DNA of 63,777 bases, filler included, from Octopus bimaculoides (Eukaryota): the NCBI RefSeq assembly GCF_001194135.2. It is 5 parts of 4 records of this genome, joined end to end, with 100 filler letters (N's around TTAATTAATTAA, not from the genome) between each part and the next. Parts side by side here need not be neighbours in the genome. Positions count along the whole stretch, not along the records: positions 10,084 to 28,203 come from NC_068982.1; 4 more parts are not named here. One strand, 5' to 3'. The translations under genes and the position numbers were made by a program. A model generated the notes under the pieces. That model made no database searches. It had not been told where the DNA came from and worked only from the letters and a program-made list of their open reading frames with translations. Shown piece after piece: positions 13,659 to 28,303 of this stretch. How positions within the stretch are numbered: position 1 is the stretch's first letter; each line of letters begins with the position of its first letter.

Positions 13659-14400
13659 TATGTGAGTTTATGTGTACGTAATTTACATCTATCTCTAATT
13701 ACTCTTTACTCTCTCGTTAAATATTACTTCTGCTCTTTTTTATATCGATCCCTTGCTATGACTCCTGATTTAATATTCGATACTATATATATATATATAT
13801 ATTGCCGCTCATTTCAATGTGGGTTTGTATTAATTTAACTCTCGAATTGATGAATTACTGATTAGTTTGTAATTGTGTATGGCTTTTGCTTGTTTGTGTG
13901 TTTGCATGTGTGTTTCTATGTCTATGTGTGAGTATTAAGCCTTGTCTTCCGTTGGTTTGGACGTTGGTTCTAAATTCGTGTGTACAGCCCATGGGTCGGG
14001 AGACGAATTTTGCCCTTCAGAGTAAAAATTTCTCTTCGCATTGCTTTCAATTACACAGTTATACAGAACAGCAGTCGAGTGCTGATGCAATTTTGTTTCC
14101 ACAGATGGTTTTACATCGTGGGTGTTCTGCTGATTAATAGTTGTGGAGGCGGTGAACACGTCTATGCATTTTGACGTCAACACATCTGCATAAACCATTG
14201 AATGATCGGGACGTAGTGCAAACCTATATCTGTTACCAACGTACTGCTCACATTTTTTTNNNNNNNNNNNNNNNNNNNNNNNNNNNNNNNNNNNNNNNNN
14301 NNNNNNNNNNNNNNNNNNNNNNNNNNNNNNNNNNNNNNNNNNNNNNNNNNNNNNNNNNNGTGTTTGTGTGTGTGTGTGCGTGTGCGTGCATTCTGGTGTC

Positions 14401-15169
14401 GATCTAGGATCTTCTCACTTTCATCGCTAGATCGAGAAATTAATTTTTTGTAACTAAACACTTCCTAACCTCGGACACTGGCAAGATGTGTCATATAAAA
14501 CATCATTTACTCTTAGTGTTGTTGAGAAGAGTTTATATTTTTAAAGTTATTTCGTGTTAAAGTTGTCGTATTTCGGTAATTTCAACCAATCAATGACGTG
14601 CATTCAGCTGTTGTTTGTCAACAACAACCTTCACCGGTGTATATTTCGTTTGTCACTGTTATTCATGGGTTTTTGGCAAAAAAGAATTACAAAAAAAAAA
14701 CGATAATTTGCAAGAAAATGGGTTGGTGGATGGGAGGAAGTCTTTCCGAAAATAGTAGCTGAAAAACAGGAAAAAACCCCTCTAAAAAGCAATACAAATG
14801 CACGAACCATTATGTTGGTGTCATGAAGTAAACGTGCTTCAGATACACTCCTATATTCATACGTAGGTAATTGAGATGAAATATGTCATAAATAACAGTG
14901 AAAAACGAAATATACACCGCCGGAAGTTGTTGTTGACAAACAACAGCAGTAATTTTATTCAGCTTAATACACGTCATTGATTGGTTGACATTACCGAAAT
15001 ACGACAACTATAACACGAAATAACTTCTTAAATAAAAAGTTTTCCCAACAACGCTAAGAGTAAAAAATGTTTTATATGACACATTCTACCAGTGTCCGAA
15101 GTTTGAAAGTGTTTAGTTACAAAAATTTAATTTCTCGATCTGCCGATGAAAATGAAAAGATCCTCGATC
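14401..15169. mobile_element. ~770-bp foldback/MITE with ~270-bp inverted arms
   Basis: 14401-14666 is the reverse complement of 14887-15169 (roughly 85% by eye, e.g. aaccaatcaatgacgtg / cacgtcattgattggtt). A solo arm fragment recurs at ~28540-28690. Confidence 0.85.
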
Positions 15170-15926
15170 TAATCGACTGACCCCACTCCCTACAAATTTC
15201 GGGCCTTGTGTCTCACGTAGAAAAGATTGTAATTCATTCCGAAAGTTTGACATTCCCCGTATTATGGGGATTGTGGACAAAAAAAATTTAATCTATTCTA
15301 CGAATTTGGATCCTTTTAATTTCTATACTTTATGCTCAGTAATTTGCACGATTCGTGTCATTTCGTACATTTGTCCAAACTATGCGCTATTTATGTATAG
15401 TATACTGAAGCCAATGTTTCATTGATTATCCAATGAAAATGAACAGAAAATTTACAGTGTCCACTAAATTTATAAAATAATTTGCCGAATAATTGCATTA
15501 CTCTCTGTATTTTAATCAGAACAGAAATAAACAAATGGAGGTATTTATAGCCATTGTCGTTTGTTTTCAGTTATACATTGTTACCGAACAATAAGCTATG
15601 GAACATAGAATTAATACAAAAAGGTCAATGGAAAAATGAATTAGAAGCCTTTTTTTAGACCTTGTTATTATGTAGAACAATACTAACATAAAATTGTATT
15701 TTCATTTAGGCGTGTGCAAAATAATATAGGAATAAAGCTCTCTATAAAGTATACAAAATCTGTGTATCAGATATTCCAATTAAAGTTGATTCAGAAAGAA
15801 TAAAGAAATCTAGAAATAGATATTTAATCTGTTTTCATATCGCTTCTGAAATAGATACTCATTTTAACTATACCTCAAAATAATAGGTGAATCAAAATAT
15901 TCTATTCGTAGAAATACTTATTTTAT

Positions 15927-16405
15927 TACGTTCCGAGTTCAAATTCCGCCGGGGTCGACTATGCTTTTAATCCTTTCGGAGTGGATCAATTAAGCACCAG
16001 TTGCGTACTGGGGTCGGTCTAATGGAGTCATATAAATATAATTAAAGGACGATTCGAAGTTCATTTACGGCTAAACATAGAGAGGACAAACACGGACAAA
16101 GGGATTAAGCCGATTACATCGACCCCAGTGCGTAACTGGTACTTGTTTAATGGACCCCGAAAGGATGAAAGGCAAAGTCGACCTCGGCGGATTTGAACTC
16201 AGAGCGTAAAGACAGACGAAATACCGCTAAGCATTTCGCTCAGCGTGCGCACGATTCTGCCAGCTCGTTAGTTTTTAATATTCTTTTCTATTCTAGGCAC
16301 ATGGCCCGAAATTTTTGGTGAGGGGGCCAGTCGATTAGATAGACACCAGTACATAACTGGTACTTAATTTAACGACCCCGAAAAGATGAAAGGCAAAGTC
16401 GACCT
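15927..16405. mobile_element. Cluster of Nin/Deu SINE pieces: + partial 15927-16023, - copy 16105-16268, - copy 16285-16405 (runs into gap)
   Basis: Shared gtcgact(t/a)tgc/ggcaaagtcgacc and ggggtcga motifs. Confidence 0.8.
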
Positions 16406-16831
16406 NNNNNNNNNNNNNNNNNNNNNNNNNNNNNNNNNNNNNNNNNNNNNNNNNNNNNNNNNNNNNNNNNNNNNNNNNNNNNNNNNNNNNNNNNNNNNNN
16501 NNNNNNNNNNNNNNNNNNNNNNNNNNNNNNNNNNNNNNNNNNNNNNNNNNNNNNNNNNNNNNNNNNNNNNNNNNNNNNNNNNNNNNNNNNNNNNNNNNNN
16601 NNNNNNNNNNNNNNNNNNNNNNNNNNNNNNNNNNNNNNNNNNNNNNNNNNNNNNNNNNNNNNNNNNNNNNNNNNNNNNNNNNNNNNNNNNNNNNNNNNNN
16701 NNNNNNNNNNNNNNNNNNNNNNNNNNNNNNNNNNNNNNNNNNNNNNNNNNNNNNNNNNNNNNNNNNNNNNNNNNNNNNNNNNNNNNNNNNNNNNNNNNNN
16801 NNNNNNNNNNNNNNNNNNNNNNNNNNNNNNN

Positions 16832-16891
<60 letters not shown>

Positions 16892-17028
16892 ATACACACA
16901 TAGAGTGTAAATTTAACCACATAAGAGAGATGTCCATAATAGGACATCTATCCCGCTAGAAGGAGCAGTCAAACTCCAAACCACAATTAAGGATAATTTC
17001 GAAAGGGAATGAAAAGTAAAAACATTTA

Positions 17029-17415
17029 CCATCTATTCCCTGAACCAAGGTTTCAAGCTTTCTTTAGCAAAATAAAATAATTTGCAAGGCCAGCTGTCAT
17101 CAGCAGGAAAGCCAACATTAAAACAGAAATATGAGGCACTACATGGAAACATGCCACGTGCTTATGTGTTATAATTTTCATATCTAAGATTTTCATATCT
17201 AAAATTTTCATATCTACTGCGCATGTGCGGGTTTTCTTATCGGCAGCAAATCCCAAAAATGCCGAAATTTGTCCATAATTTAGCCAAAAAAACATTATAT
17301 CATTACTAATAAATCTCAGGTTAGCAAAAAATTTAGAAATTGATGACAGCTGGCCTTGCAAATTATTTTATCTTTGCTAAAAATAGCTTGAAAGCTTGGT
17401 TCAGGAAATAGATGG
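17029..17415. mobile_element. 387-bp Tc1/mariner-type MITE with ~75-bp TIRs and TA target duplication
   Basis: TA|ccatctattccctgaaccaagg...cagctgtcatca versus tgatgacagctgg...ttggttcaggaaatagatgg|TA; internal 15-bp repeat x3 at 17174-17216. Confidence 0.85.
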
Positions 17416-18544
17416 TAAGCCTCCTTTCACTAGATTAGCTTAGGCTTATGTTAAGGTTTAGTTGTGATCCAAACATAACCTCTTATGACACAGAGTATTG
17501 ACAGCCCTTTTGGGTGATCTATTTTCCTTGCTGGAAGGGCTCCAATCGCATGGGCAAGTGGGGTTAGATGATGGGGGTGTTGGTTTCGAAAGGGCTAGCA
17601 TGTTCAACCTGATCACTTCTGCCGGTCAAACTCCCAACCCATGCGTTTCCCTCGCGACACTGATCCTGCAGAACTGGGTTGGTGTTAAAACCAACTTTAA
17701 AGTATAAATATAGATGGTTTCGAATCAGCAATGTTGTGTTCGGTTAAGCTCTATTTGGAGTGAAAAATCAATAAACTGTTTTCTTATTGGGGTTTCCATT
17801 CAATGAGGATAAAAAATCGATAAACCGATTCTTTTTAGGATTTCTCACTAAAATTGGCTACACCACATTTTCAGCCATAACTTTTACCAATTTTGATGTA
17901 TTTTGTTCAAACTTGATGCCGGCGTTACTTAGGACTCATGGGATCTTTGAATGCTTTAAGTTCACAAAAAAACCAACGAAAAACAAAAAAAAAAGAAAAC
18001 AATCGATGAGTGGAAAAATGGATAAACCGATTCCTTATGGGATTTCCCATTTTCAGCCAAACATTTAGCAATTTCAACGGATTTCGCTCAAATTTGACGT
18101 CAGTGTTACTTAGTCTGGTCTGAGACAAAGCGCCTGATTAGCTTAATAATCCTAACTTAATAGTGTAGTATCCAAACCTTTTGGGTATGTCCTAATAGTA
18201 TGTTTTGAGAGCACGTCCACATCTTACGGTTACCAGCCGTCATACACAGTACTGCACTTTCGTCGTAGGATCTACACAAGGCATTTCTCGATGCATATAT
18301 AGTATATTTCAAATGGTTGACGGGTCGACACAGTTGTACTATAAGCTTTATTTAGCACGAAGCCCGCTTCGACTTACGTCTGCATTTCTCCCTAGCGTAT
18401 TATGTAACCTGATGAAATTTCTTCTGCACTCTCGGGTGCATTCGATTACATTATGTCGTCCCCCATCCACTAGGGAGCAGTGCAGATGTAAGCCGAAAGA
18501 AAGCTTAAGGTACACTCTGTCTTGCTTATCGATGATTGATATAC

Positions 18545-18784
18545 ACAGGCGTAGTTATGTGCTAAGGACCCTGTTGCCAATTGCTTGGTTTCAGGTTCAG
18601 CTCTCTGATGAGACTTGAGCAAGTATCTTCCATTAAAGCTACGGGTAGACCAAAGCCCTGAGGGAATATCATTGTATATATACATATATAAATATGTGTG
18701 TGTGTACATACATGCACTCTCTCTCTCTCACACACACACGCACTCACAAACACACACATACCTATATATATGAATATATGTATT

Positions 18785-18816
<32 letters not shown>

Positions 18817-19020
18817 TATGTATGTATTAGTGTATATGTGTGTATCTATGTGTGTATATGTGTGCTTGCGGCCCTGTAACCTAGCGGTTCGGCAAATAAA
18901 AAGATAGAATAACACCAGGTTTTAATAAAATCAGTACTTGGGGTAATTTGTTCGACTAAAATATTTGAAGCAGATCCTGAAGCACGGCCGTAGTTTCATG
19001 ACCAAAACAATTAAAACAAC
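18545..19020 (+). mobile_element. Diverged composite tRNA-headed SINE (head - internal microsatellite - tail)
   Basis: Head ...ggttcag...gagcaagtatcttc...gaccaaagccc, (TA/TG)n core, tail gtaacctagcggttcggcaa; same architecture as 33299-33703. Confidence 0.7.
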
Positions 19021-20779
19021 ATATCAAAGATAAATTACAATAACTACCAATAAATGTATAAACATGTTGTAACATCTATAAATACAAATCGCTTGCATTT
19101 AAAGTGTATAAATATATTTCTCTTTGAATATAAATATATTTTGTTGGGATACAAAGTGTGTTGATATATTTTTGTTTCGTATAATAAATATATTTCATTT
19201 TCATTTAAGGTATTAATATATTTTGTTGTCTGTAATATATATTTCGATGGCATTTGAAATGTATAAATATATTTGTAATTGTATTTCATCTTTAATAAAT
19301 TCGAACTGTAATGATAGTTTTAAATTATCTGATTGCAAAACAAACTAACGCTTCCAAATGCAACCAAAATATTTATTTGAACACTTCAAATATAACCCAA
19401 ACATATTTATGGAAAATTACAAGTACTGAGGTTGCCAATTCGATAATTGAAATCAATTTCTCATTAAAAACAAAAACAAAAATACAATGTTTTTATTTAT
19501 AAAAGATGCAGACTCGGATTCACTATTGCTGCAAATGTTATTAAAGGCATCATACAAATCTTAGGGAGGTTTTAGAAATAATTTTTATTTCTACATTTTA
19601 AATTGACAGTACAATCTTTCATATTACATGTGTTAAATTCTAAAAGCACATCTATGTTTTAAGCCAAATTATATAGTTTCAGGAATAATTTGAAATTGGG
19701 CTCAGACTTCCGGTGGTTGTAATATGAAACAGAGTGTAACGTGAATTCTTTAAACCGGGATCGGGGATTGGATATATTCAATGCGACACCGATTGGTAAA
19801 ATCGTCTGAAACAGATGTCTAATACTGTATTGAGCATATGCTTATACACATACACGCACACACACACACCCACACAACACATGTGCACACACACACACAT
19901 GTGCACACACACACATATACCCACACCACACACACAANNNNNNNNNNNNNNNNNNNNNNNNNNNNNNNNNNNNNNNNNNNNNNNNNNNNNNNNNNNNNNN
20001 NNNNNNNNNNNNNNNNNNNNNNNNNNNNNNNNNNNNNNNNNNNNNNNNNNNNNNNNNNNNNNNNNNNNNNNNNNNNNNNNNNNNNNNNNNNNNNNNNNNN
20101 NNNNNNNNNNNNNNNNNNNNNNNNNNNNNNNNNNNNNNNNNNNNNNNNNNNNNNNNNNNNNNNNNNNNNNNNNNNNNNNNNNNNNNNNNNNNNNNACTGC
20201 TTGGCCGTAGTCTGAAGACTGAAGCAAAAAAAAAAAATACCAGAAGGTAATATTTATATATATATAATTTATTAATGAGGGTAGAAATTGAAATTAATCA
20301 ATTAAAACCAGTGGCCTAGCATATCAACAAAAAAAAATCCGAAGATTAAAATTATATTACATACAAAAATAAGAGGAATCTGTTGTGTCGGTGAATTTTT
20401 ACTGAGAACATTTTTTTTTTTTCGTGGTTAGATGATTCGGCATCTGTTTCTAGCATATAGGAGTCCACTTTTGCTGGTCATTCCTCTTATTTTTGTATAT
20501 GTATATATATATATATGAATAAGAATGACTCTCCAATTATCTGATCATATTGTATTTAACTGTTTGGAGCATGCTGCACGAAACCTGAAATTTTCGGCAA
20601 TGGTTTGTCGATATCATCAGTGGTTCACTATTTTATTCATTTGCAAGAGATGAAAGTCTTAGGTTACATGATCGAGTTTTGAACCCTGGTTGTAAAGCAG
20701 TTTAATCAAATATCAGCTGTCAATTCGGTTTGACACTCAATGGTACCTGGCAATTCACACACTAGGGTTTTAATCACGT

Positions 20780-21027
20780 GATCACGTGACCGACCAGACT
20801 ACCAGTCGTATTTCTGGTCACAAGGCGCATTTGCGTTGTTTTAGTCCTTAAATAACGCCACCCCGCTGGTTAAGCAAGCAGGCCAACAATCCACACTGAT
20901 CAAAGGAGGACTGGAGCAATGGAAAATGAAGTGCTTTGCTCAAGAACACAACGATCCGCCCACTCAGGGAATTGAACCCACGATCTAGTGAATGCAACAG
21001 TCTAACCAGTAGCCCGTGTGCCTTCAA
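20780..21027 (-). mobile_element. CORE-like tRNA-derived SINE
   Basis: gggaattgaacccacgatc (B-box, reverse) and tgaagtgctttgctcaagaacacaac (CORE-like AAGTG.CTTGC.CAAG..CACA). Confidence 0.55.
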
Positions 21028-23114
21028 GAGGGTTTTAATACTGACGTTAAATGCTTTCCTCATATCCTTCTCAGTCACAATGTCATAATTGTCTATTCTG
21101 GCGGAACTCTGTCTTTTGCAAGCATAGTAATCAGAAATATAGTTGTCCATCTGCTCTACTCTCCAGTTTAGTTCCTAGTTTTGTACATGAAAGCATTGAC
21201 ACATAGTCGCTCCCCGTTAAATCACGGAAAACCTCATAGATATTCTTCGTGTCAATATTTGGAGACACTGTCCTGTTTTCCCATATCCGTTACTCTAAAA
21301 TATGAATATTCATTTGAATAATGTAGCCATAGATGAAGTTGATGGAGGCTATAAACAGTAACCAAGAACAATTGAAATTACAGACTATCATCTTTAAAAT
21401 AAAAGAGCTCATTCGATGCTTTAGGCCAGAATACATTAACTGAAAAGTGGTTGCGTGTCCGTGTCTACAGCAATTTGAATATATGTCAGCTCAATCAGAG
21501 AAGTCGTAGATCAAACGAAACTAACGTGAAGAAAAACAAATCAATAGAAATTTATGATTCAGACGTCAGTGCAAATATTTCCACGAAAGAAAGCAGCTAG
21601 TGATTTGGTAAATACATCGTTATGTTATTGAAATATTAAGTATAAAGTGAGTTGAAAATGCCTCAAGGCTTGCATTGGATGGACCTTGGTAAGACAGTGG
21701 GATTTTCTGTTACGTGCGTAAGCACACATCATACACACTTTAATATTTCTCTAATATTACAATCGATGACCCTGTTACATAAGAAACAAACTGCAAAAGT
21801 ATTTCAGCCATGATTATGCTATATAGCTATTGAAGCAGAAATACATTATATGATATGGATACAAACAAAAATGTTTCCTTTTCCACTTGTAAAAGCTATT
21901 TTATTATTAATTTGTCAGCAAAGTAGTCTAGAAATTATTTTGGTATTAACAAAATCTGAAAAAGAAACGAAACAAAATAAAACAAATACAAACAGAACAT
22001 GATCTATTATGGAATTCAGACAACTGTATTTATAGAAGAGCTACTTGCGTTATAGCGACGGATTGAAAGCCGTGCTATATTTCTCTTCACACGGTGTCTA
22101 CTAACTTTGTTGAAGCCAACTTGCTGGTCAGCAAATCGAAGTAGATAGATACAGTATCATTCTACTATTGTGTCATTCTTCTTTTTCTTCTGTATATTCA
22201 TTTTCATAGATGTTACCTACATTTCAAACATATAACCAGGTGACTGATATATTGTAACGTTGTGTCGCCCAGAGAAATACCTTAAATGTGCGTTTATACG
22301 TAGAATATCTAAACGTTAATATTACGTTAATATTACGAGTAGATTTTTCGTTGATCGAATAACTGTATACTCATTTTCGAAACGACAGAGGATGTTACAG
22401 AATCAATGTAGTATTGTGGTGAAATAAAATAAATACGTAGCTAAACTAAATAAATGCAAGCGGTAAATCTGTATGCCTGTGACATTTTCCAGATATATCA
22501 TTTGTTGTCCGTTCAGTAGTATTGGATAAAGAAAAAAAAACACACTAACAAATATACATACATATGCATATATATATANNNNNNNNNNNNNNNNNNNNNN
22601 NNNNNNNNNNNNNNNNNNNNNNNNNNNNNNNNNNNNNNNNNNNNNNNNNNNNNNNNNNNNNNNNNNNNNNNNNNNNNNNNNNNNNNNNNNNNNNNNNNNN
22701 NNNNNNNNNNNNNNNNNNNNNNNNNNNNNNNNNNNNNNNNNNNNNNNNNNNNNNNNNNNNNNNNNNNNNNNNNNNNNNNNNNNNNNNNNNNNNNNNNNNN
22801 NNNNNNNNNNNNNNNNNNNNNNNNNNNNNNNNNNNNNNNNNNNNNNNNNNNNNNNNNNNNNNNNNNNNNNNNNNNNNNNNNNNNNNNNNNNNNNNNNNNN
22901 NNNNNNNNNNNNNNNNNNNNNNNNNNNNNNNNNNNNNNNNNNNNNNNNNNNNNNNNNNNNNNNNNNNNNNNNNNNNNNNNNNNNNNNATATGCATATAAA
23001 AGCTTCTATTTAATTATGTAAGATTCAGCCTAATGATATCTACATGCAATAACAGTTTTATGGGGTTCTATCGAGATATGTCGATATAATATATTATAAA
23101 TATAATAATAATAA

Positions 23115-23182
<68 letters not shown>

Positions 23183-24514
23183 GTAATAATAGTACGTGGA
23201 TGTATAAATATGTTTATGCATCGCTACGCGTGTTTCCACAATTCAGTGTATTTACAGCATTATCTATAGTATTCATGCACATCGCGTGGATCATTGCACA
23301 TGCGTTCATTTCATCTGGTGAAATAACATCCAGGCTGGAGACAACGAATGTATACCTGAAAGATGTTTATCAATTTTCACCAATGAAAATGTTCATTGCA
23401 GTATGTGGTTAGTTGTGGATGTATTTGGCAGGGATTGATAGAATGTGATAGAAAGAAAGAGAAAGGAAGGGCAATGATAAAGGAGAGGGAGGAGCTTGTG
23501 GTGGGCTAGACTTGTATTGATATTTCAGTGTGCAGATGTTGTGATGGATAGTGTAGTCTACAAGTTTGCGCTTTGTCACAACAAGCAATCCCTCAGTGAA
23601 TTTAGGTATTGCAGGGTGAGGGAATAAATTCATTTGCTTTCGTGTTGAATATCATTGTCTGCGTTGACAAATAGTGTTGCTTAGATCCTTTTAAAATTAC
23701 TTCTGGCGGTACGGTAACATAGCATAGCAAGATATAGTTTTCATTCTTTATTTCGTTTATATGTTCTTCACTTATTCCCTTACATGTTAATGACGGTTGG
23801 TGTTTCTCTGTTTCTATTGCTATGTTCGAATTCAAAGAAGGATGCCTTTATCTTATGCTTGCATGATATAATTACATGGGAAAGTCAATTGATTATATTT
23901 TCGCTAGATATGATGATCTCAAGTGTTTCCTTCTGGCATGAATTGCACGCTCGCGGTGTTCAATTGTACGTTCTAGCGTTATGGTACTAATGTAGAGAAA
24001 ACTTATGACAGAGACGGCTGAGGAAACAAGTAGGTGCATTAGTTTGACGGTTGTGAAGAACGGAAATATCTTTTATGTTTCGAGTCTATGCTCTTCCACA
24101 GAAAGGGGTGAAAGGAAAACAGATTGGAGGGACAGAGAAAAACACAAGAAAAAGATTGTGTAGGGGTTAACGTTTCGACATCCACTCACTTTCCCTCTCT
24201 CTTCCTCCCTCCCTCTCTCTGTACATATATATGTATTTTCTATATGTCTCCCTCTCTCTCTTCCTCTTTGTCTAGTGCACACATGCACACAGATGCGCGC
24301 ACGCACACACATACACACACTCATATATACATACATACATACACACACACACATATATATTTATATATACACGCATATATATTGGGCACACATTGAGTCG
24401 TTAACCAGCTGTTGATGTTCTCCTGGTGTTAAAAAATAGTAGTAACGTTGTAACGTTGTTCCCTACTGAACAGCCATGTTAAAGTGGCATCAAACACTAC
24501 TATATATAGTATAT

Positions 24515-24545
<31 letters not shown>

Positions 24546-25277
24546 NNNNNNNNNNNNNNNNNNNNNNNNNNNNNNNNNNNNNNNNNNNNNNNNNNNNNNN
24601 NNNNNNNNNTATGTATATATATATATATAGGGAGAATTCACAAAAAATAAAAACAACAGACAAAGACAGGTGGCGTTGACGACAAATAGATGTATTAGTA
24701 TAACGCTCGGGAATTGAGAAAGTCTTGAACGTTTCGAACCTACGCGCTTCTACAGAAAGGAACACGGAAAGAAACAAGGAGAGAAAAAAAATTGTGTCAG
24801 CGATCTATCAGCCGGACAGAAGGGTCACACAGGAGAGTTAAGAGGAAGGGGAGATACCAAAGTAGTATTGATCCCAAAACGATGGTGCGTGTGTGTGAGA
24901 GAATGCTGGTGATCTTCACGTATGTGTGTGAGTATATGGGTGTGAAGGTGTGAAAATGTGGGGACGGGAATTGGTCAGCGCTGGTGTGTGCATAGTGTTG
25001 TGTTGTGAAGTGATGCGTTGTGTGGCATGGTGTAGCGGTGTGTGGTGTGGTGGTGTTGGGTGGTGGGGGAGGCAAGAGTGGGGAAAGTATGGGTGGAGTG
25101 TGGGTTAGGTTTGAGTGGAGGTAGAGGTGGTATGTATATATATATACATACACACCCATACATATTTATATATATGTATTTTATATACATACAAATATGT
25201 ATATATATATACACCCACACATACATGCATACATGCATACATACATACATACATACATACATACATACATACATACA

Positions 25278-25745
25278 TACAAGGGAGTTCCGTAAAGTTC
25301 CAGGCTGTTAGGGTGTCGTAAAAGGCATGGTTGGATGCCCAAACTTCCGAAAATTTGAAAAGAAAAACACATTGGCATTCGAAGGAATTAATCACGTCGA
25401 TGTCTTACTAATTGCAAGTAATAGACTGCAAGCATTGTGTACAATTCTAGACATATAGCTAATGGATTGAAAGTAAGATTAATGACATAGTTATGTAGGA
25501 AAAAATACAATGTGTATATACATTATAAAATTAATAATGATTCATTAGAAATATAGCAAATTATGTAGTAAATTATCAAAAGTTTGATTGATTATGTTTT
25601 TGTTATAATTTATATATGTATATGCATAAATACATACATACATGCATGCATACATACATGCATACATACATAGTAGGGGGTGCTGAAGATTTCCTGGATG
25701 TGAGGGTGTCGCGAAAGGCCTGGCTGGAGGTCCAACCTTCAGTAC
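25278..25745 (+). mobile_element. Two left-end fragments (25278-25350, 25675-25745) of the mariner-type MITE seen complete at 38440
   Basis: caagggagttccgtaaagttccaggct / agggggtgctgaagatttcctgg followed by aaaggcctggctggaggtccaacc; each follows (CATA)n. Confidence 0.65.
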
Positions 25746-25796
25746 AGTTGCAACGAATGTTTGAATAAATGATGTGTAAAACACTTTATAACACAA

Positions 25797-26290
25797 GTGT
25801 AAGCGTGGCTTACACCTGTCCTAAGAAAATATTTCCCAACCCCATGTGTACCAGGTTCAATCCCACTGCGTGGCACCTTTCTCGAGTGTCTTTTACTATA
25901 GCCTCAGGCCTACCATGGCTTTGTGAGTGGTTTTGGTAGATGGAAGCTGAAAGAAGCCCTTTGTATACTTACATACACACACACACACACACATACACAC
26001 ACACACACACACACACAAACACACAAACACACACACACACACACGTGCGTGTGTATGTATATGCGTGTGTGTCTCTGTGTATGCGTTTCTACCCATGACT
26101 ACTTGACAACTAGTGTTGGTGTGTTTAGACCCCGTAACCGAGCGGCTCGCCAAAAACGCCTCATGCAATAAGTCGGAAGCTTTAGAAAAAATAAGTATTA
26201 GTTTCGATTCGTTTGACTAAAATTCTCCAAGGCTGTGTCCTAGTATGGCTGCAGTCTAAGGACTGAAACAAGTAAAAATAAAATAAAGAT
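25797..26290 (+). mobile_element. Composite tRNA-headed SINE with internal (CA)n
   Basis: ggttcaatcccactgcgtggcacc...ctatagcctcaggcc...gaaagaagccc-(CA)n-...gactgaaacaagtaaaa. Confidence 0.8.
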
Positions 26291-26454
26291 TTAAAAAGAA
26301 TACTTGAAAATATTCACATATGTGTGCGAACTTCGTATTTCCACACCGTGCATTATCGATAGAAATACATAAATACTTATATTAACATCTCTTAAGTTTC
26401 ATAAAAGAATAAAAAAAACAAATGATAGCACTTCCTACACGTACGTAGACATTC

Positions 26455-26640
26455 GTTTCTACTCTAGGCACAATGCCTGAAATTTGGTGGGAGGAGGTCA
26501 GTCGATTAGATCCATCTCAGTACGCAACTGGTACTTAATTTATCGACTCCGAAAGGCAAAGTCGACCTCGGCAGAATTTGAACTTAGAACGTAAAGACAG
26601 CCGATATAGCGCTAAGCATTTCGCCGGGCGTGTGAACGTT
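26455..26640 (-). mobile_element. Nin/Deu-domain SINE copy
   Basis: ggcaaagtcgacctcggcagaatttgaac...gctaagcatttcgccgggcg. Confidence 0.8.
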
Positions 26641-27282
26641 TCTTATTTCTTTATTGCCCACTAACTACCACTTCTTCCAGAATTTGGATAACGTTTTGAT
26701 AGGAAAAAAATTTAATTCCCACGATGTTGTAAAACAGACCTTCCAAGATTTTACTGACTCTAGATTGCCAAGATTTTACAGTTCCGGGCTGGACAAGCTA
26801 CCGCTGAAATAGCAAAAGTGTATCGACAATATGGTTGCATACTTTGATGAATAAAACTATTGCTTGAATTCATAAAACATTAGCAAACTGTTTTATTCCT
26901 TTCTACAAATTTCATACTTGACGACCTAATATATAATTTTTGTTTATAAATATCTAATAATTTTGCTTATACGTCTTTAGCATTCGGTTACTTACATTAA
27001 TATCTCTCATGAGTATTAATATTGTTTATATAATTTAATCTATCTATCTCTATACATATACTTATATAGATATTCGTATATAAAACTTGATCATAGTCGT
27101 GTATTTATTCAAATTTGCACTCTATCGTCCTCCTCCACCTTGAGATTAAGAAGACCTATCAGGATTTCAAAATTATATTCAATATTTCACTAATGTTTCA
27201 AATAAATACGTTCTTCGAAAGCAAACTCTCTGTATGTCTGTTTTTCTCGCTCACACACACATATACCAGAGTGACTGATTTC

Positions 27283-27329
<47 letters not shown>

Positions 27330-28137
27330 TATATAAATGTGTAGACAGACCATCTCATCGGTAGCTTTTATTTAATTTGACCATGAGTATTAAAGTACAC
27401 ATTCATTCTGTGAAAGTATGTCACAGTCTGAGAAAGTGCTTCAATAATAATCGTACGAAAATGTTTACATAAATTGTGATGCTATTTCTCTCTCTCTCGA
27501 CCTGCAACAAATACTACACTAATTTCCTTAAGCATACTTTCCCTGTAATTTGATGAACTTTCTAAATATGTAACGAGGTAAAGAAAGACAAATATTTATC
27601 ATCGAAAGAACACATCTGCAAATAAACCTGAATAGTTGGAAAGAAATACAATGCTGTTCGAAGGAATAAAAAATTTGATGCTCGGCTTTTATTTCAAGCT
27701 GTTCACAGCAAATATAATTTAGACATTTTGACATAGTGCCTGATAGATTCAGTTCAAATTAAGATTAATGGCATAGTTAAGTATAAAAAAAAAATTGATA
27801 GGGGTATACACTTCATAAAACTAAAAATGATTCATTAGATTTAAATATTTGGAATATAGCAAATTAAATTGTAAATTATTGAAACTGATTGAGTATGTTC
27901 AGTTAAAATTTATACAGATGTCAATGTATATATTTGAATGCACACTGTGCGTAAGACAGGAAGATATTTATATATATACATGTGACCTTCACAGTTGTAC
28001 GTCCTGCATTATCTGCAAGAATGCAGAAATACATATATTAATGTCGCTAAAGTTTCATAAATAAATAAGATTCAAATTGTAACACTTTTTATACATACTA
28101 CGTATACACACAGACACAGACACAAACACACAGAGAT

Positions 28138-28171
<34 letters not shown>

Positions 28172-28303
28172 ATATAGTCACACACATAAATAAGCATAAA
28201 TATNNNNNNNNNNNNNNNNNNNNNNNNNNNNNNNNNNNNNNNNNNNNTTAATTAATTAANNNNNNNNNNNNNNNNNNNNNNNNNNNNNNNNNNNNNNNNN
28301 NNN

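Noticed and set aside
23420-24900. Possible Penelope/GIY-YIG remnants and acgtttcg-type ends
   Set aside because: Similarity too weak to support by eye; would need a profile search.
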